From Megasphaera sp. (lineage in GTDB: Bacteria > Bacillota > Negativicutes > Veillonellales > Megasphaeraceae), in contig JBNMKW010000004.1 in the NCBI GenBank assembly GCA_050874545.1, positions 3,184 to 67,183 on the forward strand: a DNA stretch of 64,000 nucleotides, read 5' to 3'. Shown here one piece after another: positions 48,115-57,244 of this stretch. Both the position numbers and the translations under genes were made by a program. The number at the start of each line of letters is the position of its first letter. Positions within the stretch are counted from its first letter, which is position 1. Under the pieces are notes generated by a model, which was not told the origin of the DNA, searched no databases, and saw only the letters and a list, made by a program, of their open reading frames with translations.

Positions 48115-49842
48115 TTACAGTTGTTCTTTTTGCTTTGCCGGTAATTGTACCGTAATAGTTGTACCTGTATTTTCTTTGCTTTTCAACATAATCGTGCCAT
48201 GATGGCGTTCTGCTATATGCTTAACAATAGACAATCCTAAGCCGCTGCCGCTAATTTTTTGAGACCGGCTGGAATCTGCCCGGTAAAACCGTTCAAAAAC
48301 CCGTTTTTGCTTATCTTCCGGAATACCGATTCCCGTATCCTGTACGATAAAGAAAACAGTATTTCCTTTTTTTTGCAAACTGACATATACATGGCCTCCC
48401 GGCAGATTATACTTGACAGCATTATCAATCAGGTTCATTGCCATTTCCCGCAACAGCCCTTTGTTTCCTATTATGGCAACTTCTTCCATCGTACAATGAA
48501 TCGTTACTTTCTTTTCTATTAGTACCGGTTCCATAAATTCTACAATATCATTTACAATGTCTTTTAGAAAAACAACTTCTTGTTTTTCATCACCGCGATG
48601 TTCTTCAATCCGCGTCAAATGCATGATTTCTTCAATCATTCCCAGCAATCGCTTTGCTTCTTTCCGAATCAACGTGCCAAAATGTACTACATCGTCATTG
48701 GTTTGAAACAAACCGGCTGATAACACTTCCGCAAAGCCGCTAATAGACGTAAGCGGTGTTTTTAATTCATGAGAAACATTAGATGTAAATTCACGTCGCA
48801 GCTGTTCACGATGTTCCTGTTCGGTAATGTCATCAATAATAAACAAAATACCGTAAAATTCATCTTCTTTATATACAGATTGTACCGTTAACTGATACAA
48901 TAAATGGTCTCGGCTAATTTTTTCCTCAAATACTGTATCCGAATGCTTATGATCATGAATAAGCTTCCAAGAAGCTTCTGACAGCAACGGTTCCAATGCC
49001 TGGCCAATACATGAAAATCCTTCTTTTTCATGTAAAATTGTTTTAGCACATTGGTTCATCCCTAAAATACGATACGTATTATCCGTAAGGATAACCCCTT
49101 CCTGCAGATTTTCCATCATCATTCGCATCATATTGCGCTGTTGTTCCAAGGTATGAATCGTTTCTTTAATCACTTTGCTCTGTGTCACAATTTTATCTAC
49201 CAACGGCCGCAGTTCCGGATCTACATCCATATTTTGATGCGGATCCATACTGTCTGGATCCCGCAGCTGCCGTATCAGCAAGACGGTCTGTCGCAAAGGG
49301 TGCAGCAAACTAGCCGTCAGCATACGCGATGCCTTGACACACCCCAATGCTGCCAACAACAATAAGACAATGACCATCGGAAGCAATGACAAAAAGTGTG
49401 CATACAGTGTATCACGTTCCATGCTGATTCGTAAAATGGTGTCGTCCGGCATTTTTTCAGCTGTATAATACAAGGCACGTGACAGCGTAGAAGAATCGCG
49501 AACGGCACTGCCATATCCCTGTTGTATCGCTTCCTGCACTTCCGGCCGGGCTAAGTGATTTTCCATTTGTCCTTGATAATCTGATTCAAAGCGCACCGTT
49601 CCATCTGGATTAATCCACGTAATTCGGATATTTCCGCTGCGTGCTGCCGCAATCTGCCGCAAACAGTCTTCCGGCTGGTCTGTATGCTGAATAGATTGGG
49701 AAATAACAGTCAATGCGACTTCCATTTCTTCTGCCGCCTGACGTTGCATAGCTCGCCAAAACAGCCAACCGGAAATAACGATAGTCACAACCATACAGGC
49801 AAATCCTAGTGCCACTAAGCTGGCATATATTTTTCGTCTCAT
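48115..49842 (-). CDS. phoR: Sensor histidine kinase PhoR
   Basis: Two TM segments, PAS-like region, FTSNVSHELKTPLT, NLIDNAVKYN, DTGIGI, GSGLGLSIVKH. Confidence 0.9.
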   Translation of the reverse strand: MRRKIYASLVALGFACMVVTIVISGWLFWRAMQRQAAEEMEVALTVISQSIQHTDQPEDCLRQIAAARSGNIRITWINPDGTVRFESDYQGQMENHLARPEVQEAIQQGYGSAVRDSSTLSRALYYTAEKMPDDTILRISMERDTLYAHFLSLLPMVIVLLLLAALGCVKASRMLTASLLHPLRQTVLLIRQLRDPDSMDPHQNMDVDPELRPLVDKIVTQSKVIKETIHTLEQQRNMMRMMMENLQEGVILTDNTYRILGMNQCAKTILHEKEGFSCIGQALEPLLSEASWKLIHDHKHSDTVFEEKISRDHLLYQLTVQSVYKEDEFYGILFIIDDITEQEHREQLRREFTSNVSHELKTPLTSISGFAEVLSAGLFQTNDDVVHFGTLIRKEAKRLLGMIEEIMHLTRIEEHRGDEKQEVVFLKDIVNDIVEFMEPVLIEKKVTIHCTMEEVAIIGNKGLLREMAMNLIDNAVKYNLPGGHVYVSLQKKGNTVFFIVQDTGIGIPEDKQKRVFERFYRADSSRSQKISGSGLGLSIVKHIAERHHGTIMLKSKENTGTTITVQLPAKQKEQL

Positions 49843-50522
49843 ATGTTGCCGCCAATCACATAGCCTACACCGCGGACAGTCCGGATAATATGCCCTCCAT
49901 CGCCAAGTTTTTGGCGCAGGCTTTTGATATGCATGTCAATTGTACGGCTTTCTCCTTCGTACGTAAATCCCCAAACAGCTTCCATGATCTGTTCTCTCTT
50001 GAGCACAATATCGGTATTTACCAATAAATACCGCAGCAATTCAAATTCTTTTACCGTTAAATGGCAAATTTCTCCATCGACAGTAACCATATGCTTTTCA
50101 CTGTCCAATGTCACCGGCCCAAACGAATAGGTATTTTTTTCTGTCTGTTGTGGTTTGCTGCGCCGCAGCACAGAACGAATACGGGAAATAAGTTCTACAA
50201 TGCCAAATGGTTTGCAAACATAATCATCGGCACCACCGTCTAATCCTTTTACAATATCATATTCACTTGTTTTCGCCGTCAGCATAATGACAGGCATCGT
50301 TTTTAATTGATTATTTTTTCTGATTTTATCTAATATTTCTGTTCCGCTTTCGCCAGGAAGCATAATATCCAATAAAATTAAAGACGGAATCTTTTTTTCT
50401 ATGCCCTGCCAAAATTCTTTGCCGTCTGCAAAGGTTTCTACTTCAAAATTTTGGCTTCGCAGTGCATACCCTACTAATTCGCGTATGTTTTCATCATCTT
50501 CCACACAATAAATCAATGGCAT
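49839..50522 (-). CDS. phoP: OmpR-family response regulator PhoP/PhoB
   Basis: YCVEDD, LLDIMLPG, MLTAK, GADDYVCKPF, SRTIDMHIKSLRQKL; start at ATG 50522. Confidence 0.88.
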   Translation of the reverse strand: MPLIYCVEDDENIRELVGYALRSQNFEVETFADGKEFWQGIEKKIPSLILLDIMLPGESGTEILDKIRKNNQLKTMPVIMLTAKTSEYDIVKGLDGGADDYVCKPFGIVELISRIRSVLRRSKPQQTEKNTYSFGPVTLDSEKHMVTVDGEICHLTVKEFELLRYLLVNTDIVLKREQIMEAVWGFTYEGESRTIDMHIKSLRQKLGDGGHIIRTVRGVGYVIGGNI

Positions 50523-50562
50523 TTCACTACAACCTCTTTTCATCGTATAGACTTTTCTTTAT

Positions 50563-50617
50563 ATTATACCTGCAAATACACATAATACCTATGTATATTA
50601 TGTAAAAAGTATGTAAA
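50563..50617 (-). promoter_or_regulatory. Pho box and -10 upstream of phoP (probable autoregulation)
   Basis: TTTACAT direct repeats exactly 11 bp apart (50600-50606 and 50611-50617) upstream of TATAAT (50568-50563). Confidence 0.7.
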
Positions 50618-50661
50618 AAAGCTGTGACGGCATGGCCGCAGCCATTCCATCACAGCTTTTT
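50615..50661 (-). terminator. Terminator after the lptD-like gene
   Basis: AAAAAAGCTGTGA...TCACAGCTTTTT. Confidence 0.8.
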
Positions 50662-50671
50662 GTCTATGCAG

Positions 50672-52189
50672 CTAATCAAAATCCTTAGCTCTTAACTTAA
50701 CTTCCCAACTTTTATCAACTTGTTTGTACGTAATAACAGCAATGAACGAATGCAAATCCCGAACCCACGTATAATTTCTATCCGAAATATCCCGCGTATC
50801 CAAGTTTTGAGCAAGCGTAAAAATAAACGTGTCGCGAGGCGTCAATACATATCCCAACGAAAATCCCTGCTGCCGGGGATCATCCAGCGTATCAAACCGA
50901 TACGGCGTATAGCCGCTGACATTGTGTTTCTTATACCAAACACTGGCCCACATATGGTCGTTAATTCCCTGGTTGACAATCACGCCGCTGTAGGGATCGC
51001 GCCGTTCTGCATCCTGAATAGAATACCAATCCCGGCGATACCCGGCAAAGAAGCGAATATTGGCACGTTTCCATAGCGGCAGCGGCACGTGGGTAATTTC
51101 GGTACGATATCCTTTGTGCGAACCCGTACCAATGCCGTCTTCAGACCAACGGCCCCAGTTAGCACTGCTGTCCACATACATACCCGTGCTTCCCAAGTGA
51201 AGCCGCGGTGCAAAATATTCCAATTCCGGCCATTTAGTAGCCCAAATGTTATTATCATTATCTGTACTTTCTTCTTTGCTATAACCTAAACGGAATGTTC
51301 CTGCCCGTGTTTCTTTTACTAAGCGGGCTGCCGGCTTAAACCCTCTTTTAGATGTTAACATATATTCAACATCCAAATGCAGGTCTCCGCTTTCATTCAT
51401 AGGAAATGCAGCATGACCATGCAAACTAAAGCCGTCGGATTTATTATAATTAGGACGAGGGAATAAGGTAAACAGCCAGCTTCTGCTAGATTCATGATTG
51501 CCTAATTTTCCTTCATAATGTCCATACGTAAAGAGACAGATATGCTTAAACCAAAGCTTTGTGTTTTCTGCCGTAAATTTATCACCCGGATATACGCGGA
51601 TATCATCACCCGTTAAATAATAATCCGGCGTTTTAGCTACAGCATGGGGCGTCGTAATCAAGCCATGTTTTAAATAATACGTGCCATCCAGCATTTCCGC
51701 ATCCGTACCGCGTATATAATAATCCGGTCCCATAAATCCTTCTACAGAACGCAGCATAGCCCCGCCGGTCTTACCACTGTAGGTCATATCCGTACCAGTA
51801 AAAGCGGTATCTCCACTAATATACACATAGTCGCCTGCTGTACGGTATACTTGGGTCTGCGTATTTCCTTCTACATAGTGTGCATGGATTTCATCCATTC
51901 CCTGCTGTAAATCCACATTGCCGCGGCTTTGTACATACCCATCTTTACCTCGCACCAGCATAGAATCTGCTGCAACGTGTATAGGCTGCGTCGGCAGGAC
52001 AACATCTTTTTGCTGCGATGCTTTATCCAAATCGACAGGAACAACCGTTGTTTTCTCTACAGGAATTTTTATCGCCGTTTCCGTATGCAATTTTTTTGCC
52101 GTATGTCCTGTTTGAGCTGTTTCACCCGCTGCCATAACAGAAAAGGGCACTAATGCCGCCAATACAGAAGCAACCCACGTTTTATTCAT
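50672..52189 (-). CDS. lptD: LPS-assembly outer membrane protein LptD-like (compact)
   Basis: Signal peptide; OstA-like IHVAADSM...GNVDLQQG; ITTP...PDYYLTGDDIRVYPGDK; aromatic-rich alternating C-terminal strands; start at ATG 52189. Confidence 0.7.
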   Translation of the reverse strand: MNKTWVASVLAALVPFSVMAAGETAQTGHTAKKLHTETAIKIPVEKTTVVPVDLDKASQQKDVVLPTQPIHVAADSMLVRGKDGYVQSRGNVDLQQGMDEIHAHYVEGNTQTQVYRTAGDYVYISGDTAFTGTDMTYSGKTGGAMLRSVEGFMGPDYYIRGTDAEMLDGTYYLKHGLITTPHAVAKTPDYYLTGDDIRVYPGDKFTAENTKLWFKHICLFTYGHYEGKLGNHESSRSWLFTLFPRPNYNKSDGFSLHGHAAFPMNESGDLHLDVEYMLTSKRGFKPAARLVKETRAGTFRLGYSKEESTDNDNNIWATKWPELEYFAPRLHLGSTGMYVDSSANWGRWSEDGIGTGSHKGYRTEITHVPLPLWKRANIRFFAGYRRDWYSIQDAERRDPYSGVIVNQGINDHMWASVWYKKHNVSGYTPYRFDTLDDPRQQGFSLGYVLTPRDTFIFTLAQNLDTRDISDRNYTWVRDLHSFIAVITYKQVDKSWEVKLRAKDFD

Positions 52190-53312
52190 GTACGTCACCT
52201 GTTGTCTGCGTATCTGCTGCCGCATGTTGGCCATGATATGCCGTTGTATCATCCGTATTGCCTGCATGGGCCGTATCGGATAAATCAACAGGTGTAACAT
52301 CACCATGATATCCAGTTACACTGGCATCATCCGTAACCGCTGACGGTACCGTCACACCGCTGGCAGCCATATTGGCCGTTTTTAAATTTTCAACAGTCCC
52401 ATTCTGTTTAAAACCTACAACTTCTGTATCTTTTGCTGTTTCTGCATACATAGTCGTGCCAGCCGGAATATCTACTTCATTACCATGAACAAACAAACCG
52501 CCAACTAATCCTACAGGTCCTAAAATAATCGCGCCGGCTGCAGAAGCACCGACAGCACCTGCCGTCCGTTTGTATTCTTCTTTCGTTTTTTCGCCGACAG
52601 TCAAATCAACAGGTGTACTGTCTGCTGCCCGTACAGAATGGAATGTAATTTCAATCTTGCCGTCTTTACCAAACCGGCCGGATTTACGGGCTTTGGTAAT
52701 CGTCCCTGTCGCTTCCATACCGCGCGGAATGACTACAACACCGTCCACAACGACATCATCTGCTACGGCAAAACGCACTGTATCTCCTTCTTGAGCCGTC
52801 TTAGAATTTAATTCTTCCAATGTTTTCATCGAAACAATAGTCGATACGGGAATCAGTATTTCCTGAGAAATATATTTTTTATTTCCCAGCATACTGTAAC
52901 GCAGTGACTGAATCCGACTATTCAATGAACCCGTTTGCACTTTGCCGTCAATCCCTTCTTCCAAGGCACCGACACGTACCAAAATCGGTTCATCTGTAAT
53001 TTGGCCTGAATATTGCCACTGCATCAGATTTGTTGCTGCCAACAATGATAAATCCGAACCGGTATTGCCGTATACATCTTTATATAATGCATTCGTTTTA
53101 TCCTGAAGACTGCCTGCAACTGTAGATTTGCCATTCAGCAAGGTATCCAAAGCCGCTACGCGATCATTTAAAGACCCCGTCTGCGTCGTGCCATACACGG
53201 TCGTTTCTACTTTATCCGCTTTTTCCAAAATTGTATAATCAGCTGCACTGACAGCCATAGAGCCGCATAACGCAACAACAGCCATCAATCCCGCCATCTT
53301 ATTTTTCCACAT
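52182..53312 (-). CDS. Hypothetical secreted protein with repeated helical N-terminus and beta-rich (TrbI/VirB10-like) domain
   Basis: Signal peptide AVSA-A; two QTGSLNxR repeats; LNSKTAQEGDTVRF...GTITKARKSGRFGKDGKIEI. Confidence 0.65.
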   Translation of the reverse strand: MWKNKMAGLMAVVALCGSMAVSAADYTILEKADKVETTVYGTTQTGSLNDRVAALDTLLNGKSTVAGSLQDKTNALYKDVYGNTGSDLSLLAATNLMQWQYSGQITDEPILVRVGALEEGIDGKVQTGSLNSRIQSLRYSMLGNKKYISQEILIPVSTIVSMKTLEELNSKTAQEGDTVRFAVADDVVVDGVVVIPRGMEATGTITKARKSGRFGKDGKIEITFHSVRAADSTPVDLTVGEKTKEEYKRTAGAVGASAAGAIILGPVGLVGGLFVHGNEVDIPAGTTMYAETAKDTEVVGFKQNGTVENLKTANMAASGVTVPSAVTDDASVTGYHGDVTPVDLSDTAHAGNTDDTTAYHGQHAAADTQTTGDVHE

Positions 53313-53488
53313 ACAATATTCCTCCTTATATTCGCTATTCTTATTATTAATGTATATAAAGGATAGATATATTCATCTTTCATACTTAAGTAATATTATA
53401 TATAAGTAAGTATGAAAAAGCAACTCTGCTATACTGCCGCTATTTTTTCTAGCTGTGCTGTCTTTCTCAAAGTTTTTACAAAATTCCC

Positions 53489-53560
53489 TTGCTTTTATAA
53501 ATTTTGTCTGCTATAATAAAGTCATGACAAATAAAGATTATTTGTTGATAGTAATTAATA
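53489..53560 (+). promoter_or_regulatory. Rubrerythrin promoter with Fur/PerR-like 7-1-7 box
   Basis: TTGCTT-N17-TATAAT (53489-53517, extended TG); TGATAGT-A-ATTAATA at 53546-53560. Confidence 0.5.
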
Positions 53561-53609
53561 TTCAATTTCACTTTGAAAATGATATAACTAATTTTAGGAG
53601 GTATTCACT

Positions 53610-54158
53610 ATGAAAAAATTTGTATGCGGTATCTGCGGTTATGTTTATGAAGGTACGGAAGCTCCGGAAAAATGTCCACAGTGTGGCGCTCCCAAATCTA
53701 AATTCACAGAATTAAAAGAAGGCGTAAAAGAATACGCTGATGAACATAGAGTAGGCGTAGCCAAAGGCGTTGATGAACGCATTTTAGAAGGTTTGCATTT
53801 AAACTTCACTGGCGAATGCTCTGAAGTAGGCATGTACCTTGCAATGAGCCGTGTTGCTGACCGTCAGGGATATCCTGAAGTAGCAGAAGCTTACAAACGC
53901 ATTGCGTTTGAAGAAGCTGAACATGCTGCAAAATTTGCTGAACTTCTCGGCGAAGTCGTTACAGATGACACAAAGACTAACCTTGAAATGCGCGCTGCTG
54001 CTGAACAAGGTGCCTGCGCTGGTAAAAAAGAATTGGCTACATTGGCTAAACAGCTCAACCTCGATGCTATTCATGATACCGTTCATGAAATGGCAAAAGA
54101 TGAAGCCCGCCATGGCCGTGTATTCGATGGCTTGCTCGCTCGTTATTTCGCAAAATAA
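53610..54158 (+). CDS. Reverse rubrerythrin (NADH peroxidase)
   Basis: N-terminal CGICGY...CPQCG rubredoxin-like domain, then ferritin-like GECSE, EEAEH, DEARH. Confidence 0.92.
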   Translation: MKKFVCGICGYVYEGTEAPEKCPQCGAPKSKFTELKEGVKEYADEHRVGVAKGVDERILEGLHLNFTGECSEVGMYLAMSRVADRQGYPEVAEAYKRIAFEEAEHAAKFAELLGEVVTDDTKTNLEMRAAAEQGACAGKKELATLAKQLNLDAIHDTVHEMAKDEARHGRVFDGLLARYFAK

Positions 54159-54178
54159 GAACTATTACACTACTATAC

Positions 54179-54208
54179 AAAAAGCTGCATCGTTCGATGC
54201 AGCTTTTT
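54179..54208 (+). terminator. Intrinsic terminator
   Basis: AAAAAGCTGCATCG-TT-CGATGCAGCTTTTT. Confidence 0.85.
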
Positions 54209-54276
54209 TGTATATCCAGAACAATGTATATGCTATAATATAGGCAACATACTTACTTTGGAAAGGAGGTTTTGGT

Positions 54277-55134
54277 ATGGCCCAACCGTTTTTTTCTCGT
54301 GTATGCATCCTGCTGACCATATGCCTGATTCCGCTAGCAGTTTATGCAGAAAACTATGATACTTGGAGCGATTCAGCATATGATTTTTCTTCTGTGCATA
54401 CAATATATGTAGATACGTTAGATACCTCTTCACTGCAAACAGATACCCCTTTAAAAGTATATCGTCTAAAAAAAGACTTTCAAAAAAAAGCTGCCGCAGT
54501 AAAAGGCGTTGCAGTAGTCATGCCTGCACTGGAACCGCCTGCGCCTTCTGCATTACGTCAAGAATCCAGTAAAAAAGAAGCGGCAAAAAAAGAAGCGCCC
54601 GTTCCCCAGTCTGTAGAAATCAAACACGCTACAACCAGCGACCCAGCAGCAAATATGCCCTCGGAAAATATCTCCGCCGAATCTGCTAACACTGCTGCTG
54701 CCGCCTTACCGAAAAAATCAGCGGCAGCGATATCAATGTCTTCCCCTATGCCTGTCGTCATTCCGCAAGCAGCTGTCAATGCCAACGCAGATGCATACGT
54801 CACGGCTCAGCTTCTTACGTATCACGTCGGCACGGGGCTGATTCCGGCTCATACCGAATGGAATTCCTATTCTGTGCGTGATGTTTATTATGACCGAAAC
54901 GGGCATCCCCATTGGTTTTATCATGATGTGTCCTATCCAGTCTATGTACCGGATGCCTATGTTCCAATGGCAACTGTCCGTGTTCGCTTTGCTGTCTATG
55001 ACATAAAAACAGGCAAATTAGTTTTCTGCAGTGAAGACATGCGCACACGAGGTTCTTCCGATGATTTGCGCGGCGTATACCAACGCATCATTGACCGTTT
55101 TTTCAAAAATCTAAAAAAAGAGCTGAAAAAATAG
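54277..55134 (+). CDS. Hypothetical secreted protein with Ala/Pro/Ser-rich insertion
   Basis: Signal peptide VYA-E; AAGGAGG RBS; low-complexity centre. Confidence 0.7.
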   Translation: MAQPFFSRVCILLTICLIPLAVYAENYDTWSDSAYDFSSVHTIYVDTLDTSSLQTDTPLKVYRLKKDFQKKAAAVKGVAVVMPALEPPAPSALRQESSKKEAAKKEAPVPQSVEIKHATTSDPAANMPSENISAESANTAAAALPKKSAAAISMSSPMPVVIPQAAVNANADAYVTAQLLTYHVGTGLIPAHTEWNSYSVRDVYYDRNGHPHWFYHDVSYPVYVPDAYVPMATVRVRFAVYDIKTGKLVFCSEDMRTRGSSDDLRGVYQRIIDRFFKNLKKELKK

Positions 55135-55140
55135 TATTAT

Positions 55141-55183
55141 AAAAAATCAGCCATTCCCCCAAAATCGGAATGACTGATTTTTT
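55141..55183. terminator. Bidirectional terminator
   Basis: AAAAAATCAG-CCATTCC...GGAATGA-CTGATTTTTT. Confidence 0.8.
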
Positions 55184-55196
55184 ATGATGCCCAAAC

Positions 55197-56366
55197 TTAA
55201 TACCAACGTGTCATAGGCAAATCATTTTTAGTTCCTTTTGTCATCAAAATTTGATGCAAGTCAATATTGCCAATATAGAAGGATACGGCACAGCCGCAGA
55301 GATATAAATCCCACATGCGGACAAATTCTTCTCCCTTATCAGCAGCTACTTTATCGCGTACTCCTTGGAAATTATGATACCAACACATTAACGTCTTGTA
55401 ATAATGACGGCGCAGGCTTTCAATATCAATAACCTGGAAGTCATTATCATATGCTAAGTTGACCATTTCCCGCAGAGACGGCAGCGTACCGCCTGGGAAA
55501 ATATACTTGCGCATCCACGGATTGCCTACACTTTCATCATGTCCGCTGATATAGTGCAGTAAAAACATGCCGCCATCTTTCAAAAGATGTTCTGCTGTTT
55601 CCATATACAGCGCATAGTTAGATCGGCCTACATGTTCCAGCATGCCGACACTGACAATACGGTCGTACTGCCGTCCTTCGTCTACTAAATCGCGATAATC
55701 AATCAAATCAATCTGAACCTGGCCCTGCAGTCCCAGTTTTTCAATGCGTTCTTGTCCTTTTTTCCACTGTTCTTTGCTTAACGTACAGCCATAGCCTTGA
55801 ATACCGTACTTTTTAGCCGCTTCGATTAATAAATACCCCCAGCCGCAGCCAATATCCAACAAGCTCATGCCTTTTTCCAAGTGTAATTTTTCCAAGATAT
55901 AATGAACCTTGTTATGCTGTGCTTGTTCCAAAGTGTCATCATCATGTTTAAAATAAGCACAAGAATAACTCATCGACGGATCCAGCCACATAGAATAAAA
56001 GTCATTGCCCAAGTCATAATGAGATGATACCTGTTTCTTTTGTACAGATTTAGATTCCGATGTATATAAAATGCGGCCCAACGCGCTTTTATCTAATGAA
56101 AATTGGCTGGTCTGGCTCAAAATACACTGCAGAGCTGTAAATAAATCGCCTTCAATTTCCAAATCCTTGCGCATATATGCTTCCCCCAGCGCCAATGACG
56201 TGGAAGACAACAATTCCTTTTTAGGAATATCTTTGTTAATTCGAACGTGAAATAACGGTTCTCCTTCTCCAATCGTATACGTTTTATTATGAAGTTCAAC
56301 TGTAAAGCAGTTTTTATCAAATCGACGTAAATAATGAATTAAAAAACTATCCAAAATATGCAACAT
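55197..56366 (-). CDS. cfa: Cyclopropane-fatty-acyl-phospholipid synthase
   Basis: HYDLGNDFY, MSYSCAYF, LDIGCGWG, SVGMLEHVG, YIFPGG, RMWDLYL. Confidence 0.95.
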   Translation of the reverse strand: MLHILDSFLIHYLRRFDKNCFTVELHNKTYTIGEGEPLFHVRINKDIPKKELLSSTSLALGEAYMRKDLEIEGDLFTALQCILSQTSQFSLDKSALGRILYTSESKSVQKKQVSSHYDLGNDFYSMWLDPSMSYSCAYFKHDDDTLEQAQHNKVHYILEKLHLEKGMSLLDIGCGWGYLLIEAAKKYGIQGYGCTLSKEQWKKGQERIEKLGLQGQVQIDLIDYRDLVDEGRQYDRIVSVGMLEHVGRSNYALYMETAEHLLKDGGMFLLHYISGHDESVGNPWMRKYIFPGGTLPSLREMVNLAYDNDFQVIDIESLRRHYYKTLMCWYHNFQGVRDKVAADKGEEFVRMWDLYLCGCAVSFYIGNIDLHQILMTKGTKNDLPMTRWY

Positions 56367-56393
56367 GATATAAATCTCCTACATTTTATCGTT

Positions 56394-57239
56394 TTAATCT
56401 CGCTGTACAGCGCCGCAAACTGTATTTTCTAACACCATCATAGTCGTCACTGCGCCAACGCCACCCGGAACAGGGGTAATCGCACCGGCAACTTTTGCTA
56501 CTTCGTCAAATGCCACATCGCCTACGGTCTTGCCGTTGATGCGGTTAATACCAACATCAATAACAATTGCGCCGGGCTTTATCATATCTGCCGTCACCAA
56601 ATTTGCTTTTCCGGCAGCAGCGATGACAACATCTGCCCGCTTTGTCAGGGATTTTAAATCCCGTGTTCGCGTATGGCAGTGTGTCACTGTCGCATTGCGG
56701 CCCAGACACAGCTGTGCCAGCGGCTTTCCAACAACATTGCTTCGTCCAATAATCGCTACTTCTTTACCAGTCAGCGAAATATGGTAGTAGTCCAAAATCG
56801 CAATAACAGCTCGCGGCGTACAGGGTATAAAACCAGGTCTTCCTGTAAATAAGCGAGCTGCACTGCTGTCTGTCAGTCCATCTACATCTTTGTCCGCATC
56901 AATACAATTCAGAATTCGCTGTGTATCTACATGAGACGGCAAAGGCATCATCGGCAAAATGCCAAAAACAGCCGGCTGATGATTCAGCATGTCAATCAAC
57001 GCGATTAACTCTTCTTCAGATACAGTCGTATCCCGATGATAGATTTCTGCTGTCAATCCGGCAGCCTGTGCCACTTTCTGCATAGATTTTGCATACATAG
57101 CAGACGGCTTATCTTCACCTACTAAAATAATAGCCAATTCCGGCTGCACGTTTTTTTCCTGCCATGCTGCCAGCCGGCGTTCTACCTGTTCGCGATGAAA
57201 ATCGGCTACTTCTTTACCACGTAATAGCTGCACACACAT
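56394..57239 (-). CDS. folD: Bifunctional methylenetetrahydrofolate dehydrogenase/cyclohydrolase
   Basis: KDVDG, PCTP, IGRSNVVGKP, VIDVGIN, TPVPGGVG. Confidence 0.95.
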   Translation of the reverse strand: MCVQLLRGKEVADFHREQVERRLAAWQEKNVQPELAIILVGEDKPSAMYAKSMQKVAQAAGLTAEIYHRDTTVSEEELIALIDMLNHQPAVFGILPMMPLPSHVDTQRILNCIDADKDVDGLTDSSAARLFTGRPGFIPCTPRAVIAILDYYHISLTGKEVAIIGRSNVVGKPLAQLCLGRNATVTHCHTRTRDLKSLTKRADVVIAAAGKANLVTADMIKPGAIVIDVGINRINGKTVGDVAFDEVAKVAGAITPVPGGVGAVTTMMVLENTVCGAVQRD

Positions 57240-57244
57240 TCCTC

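Noticed and set aside
43590-50617. Complete pho/pst locus with Pho boxes
   Set aside because: A well-known system; recorded as features, not as a novelty.
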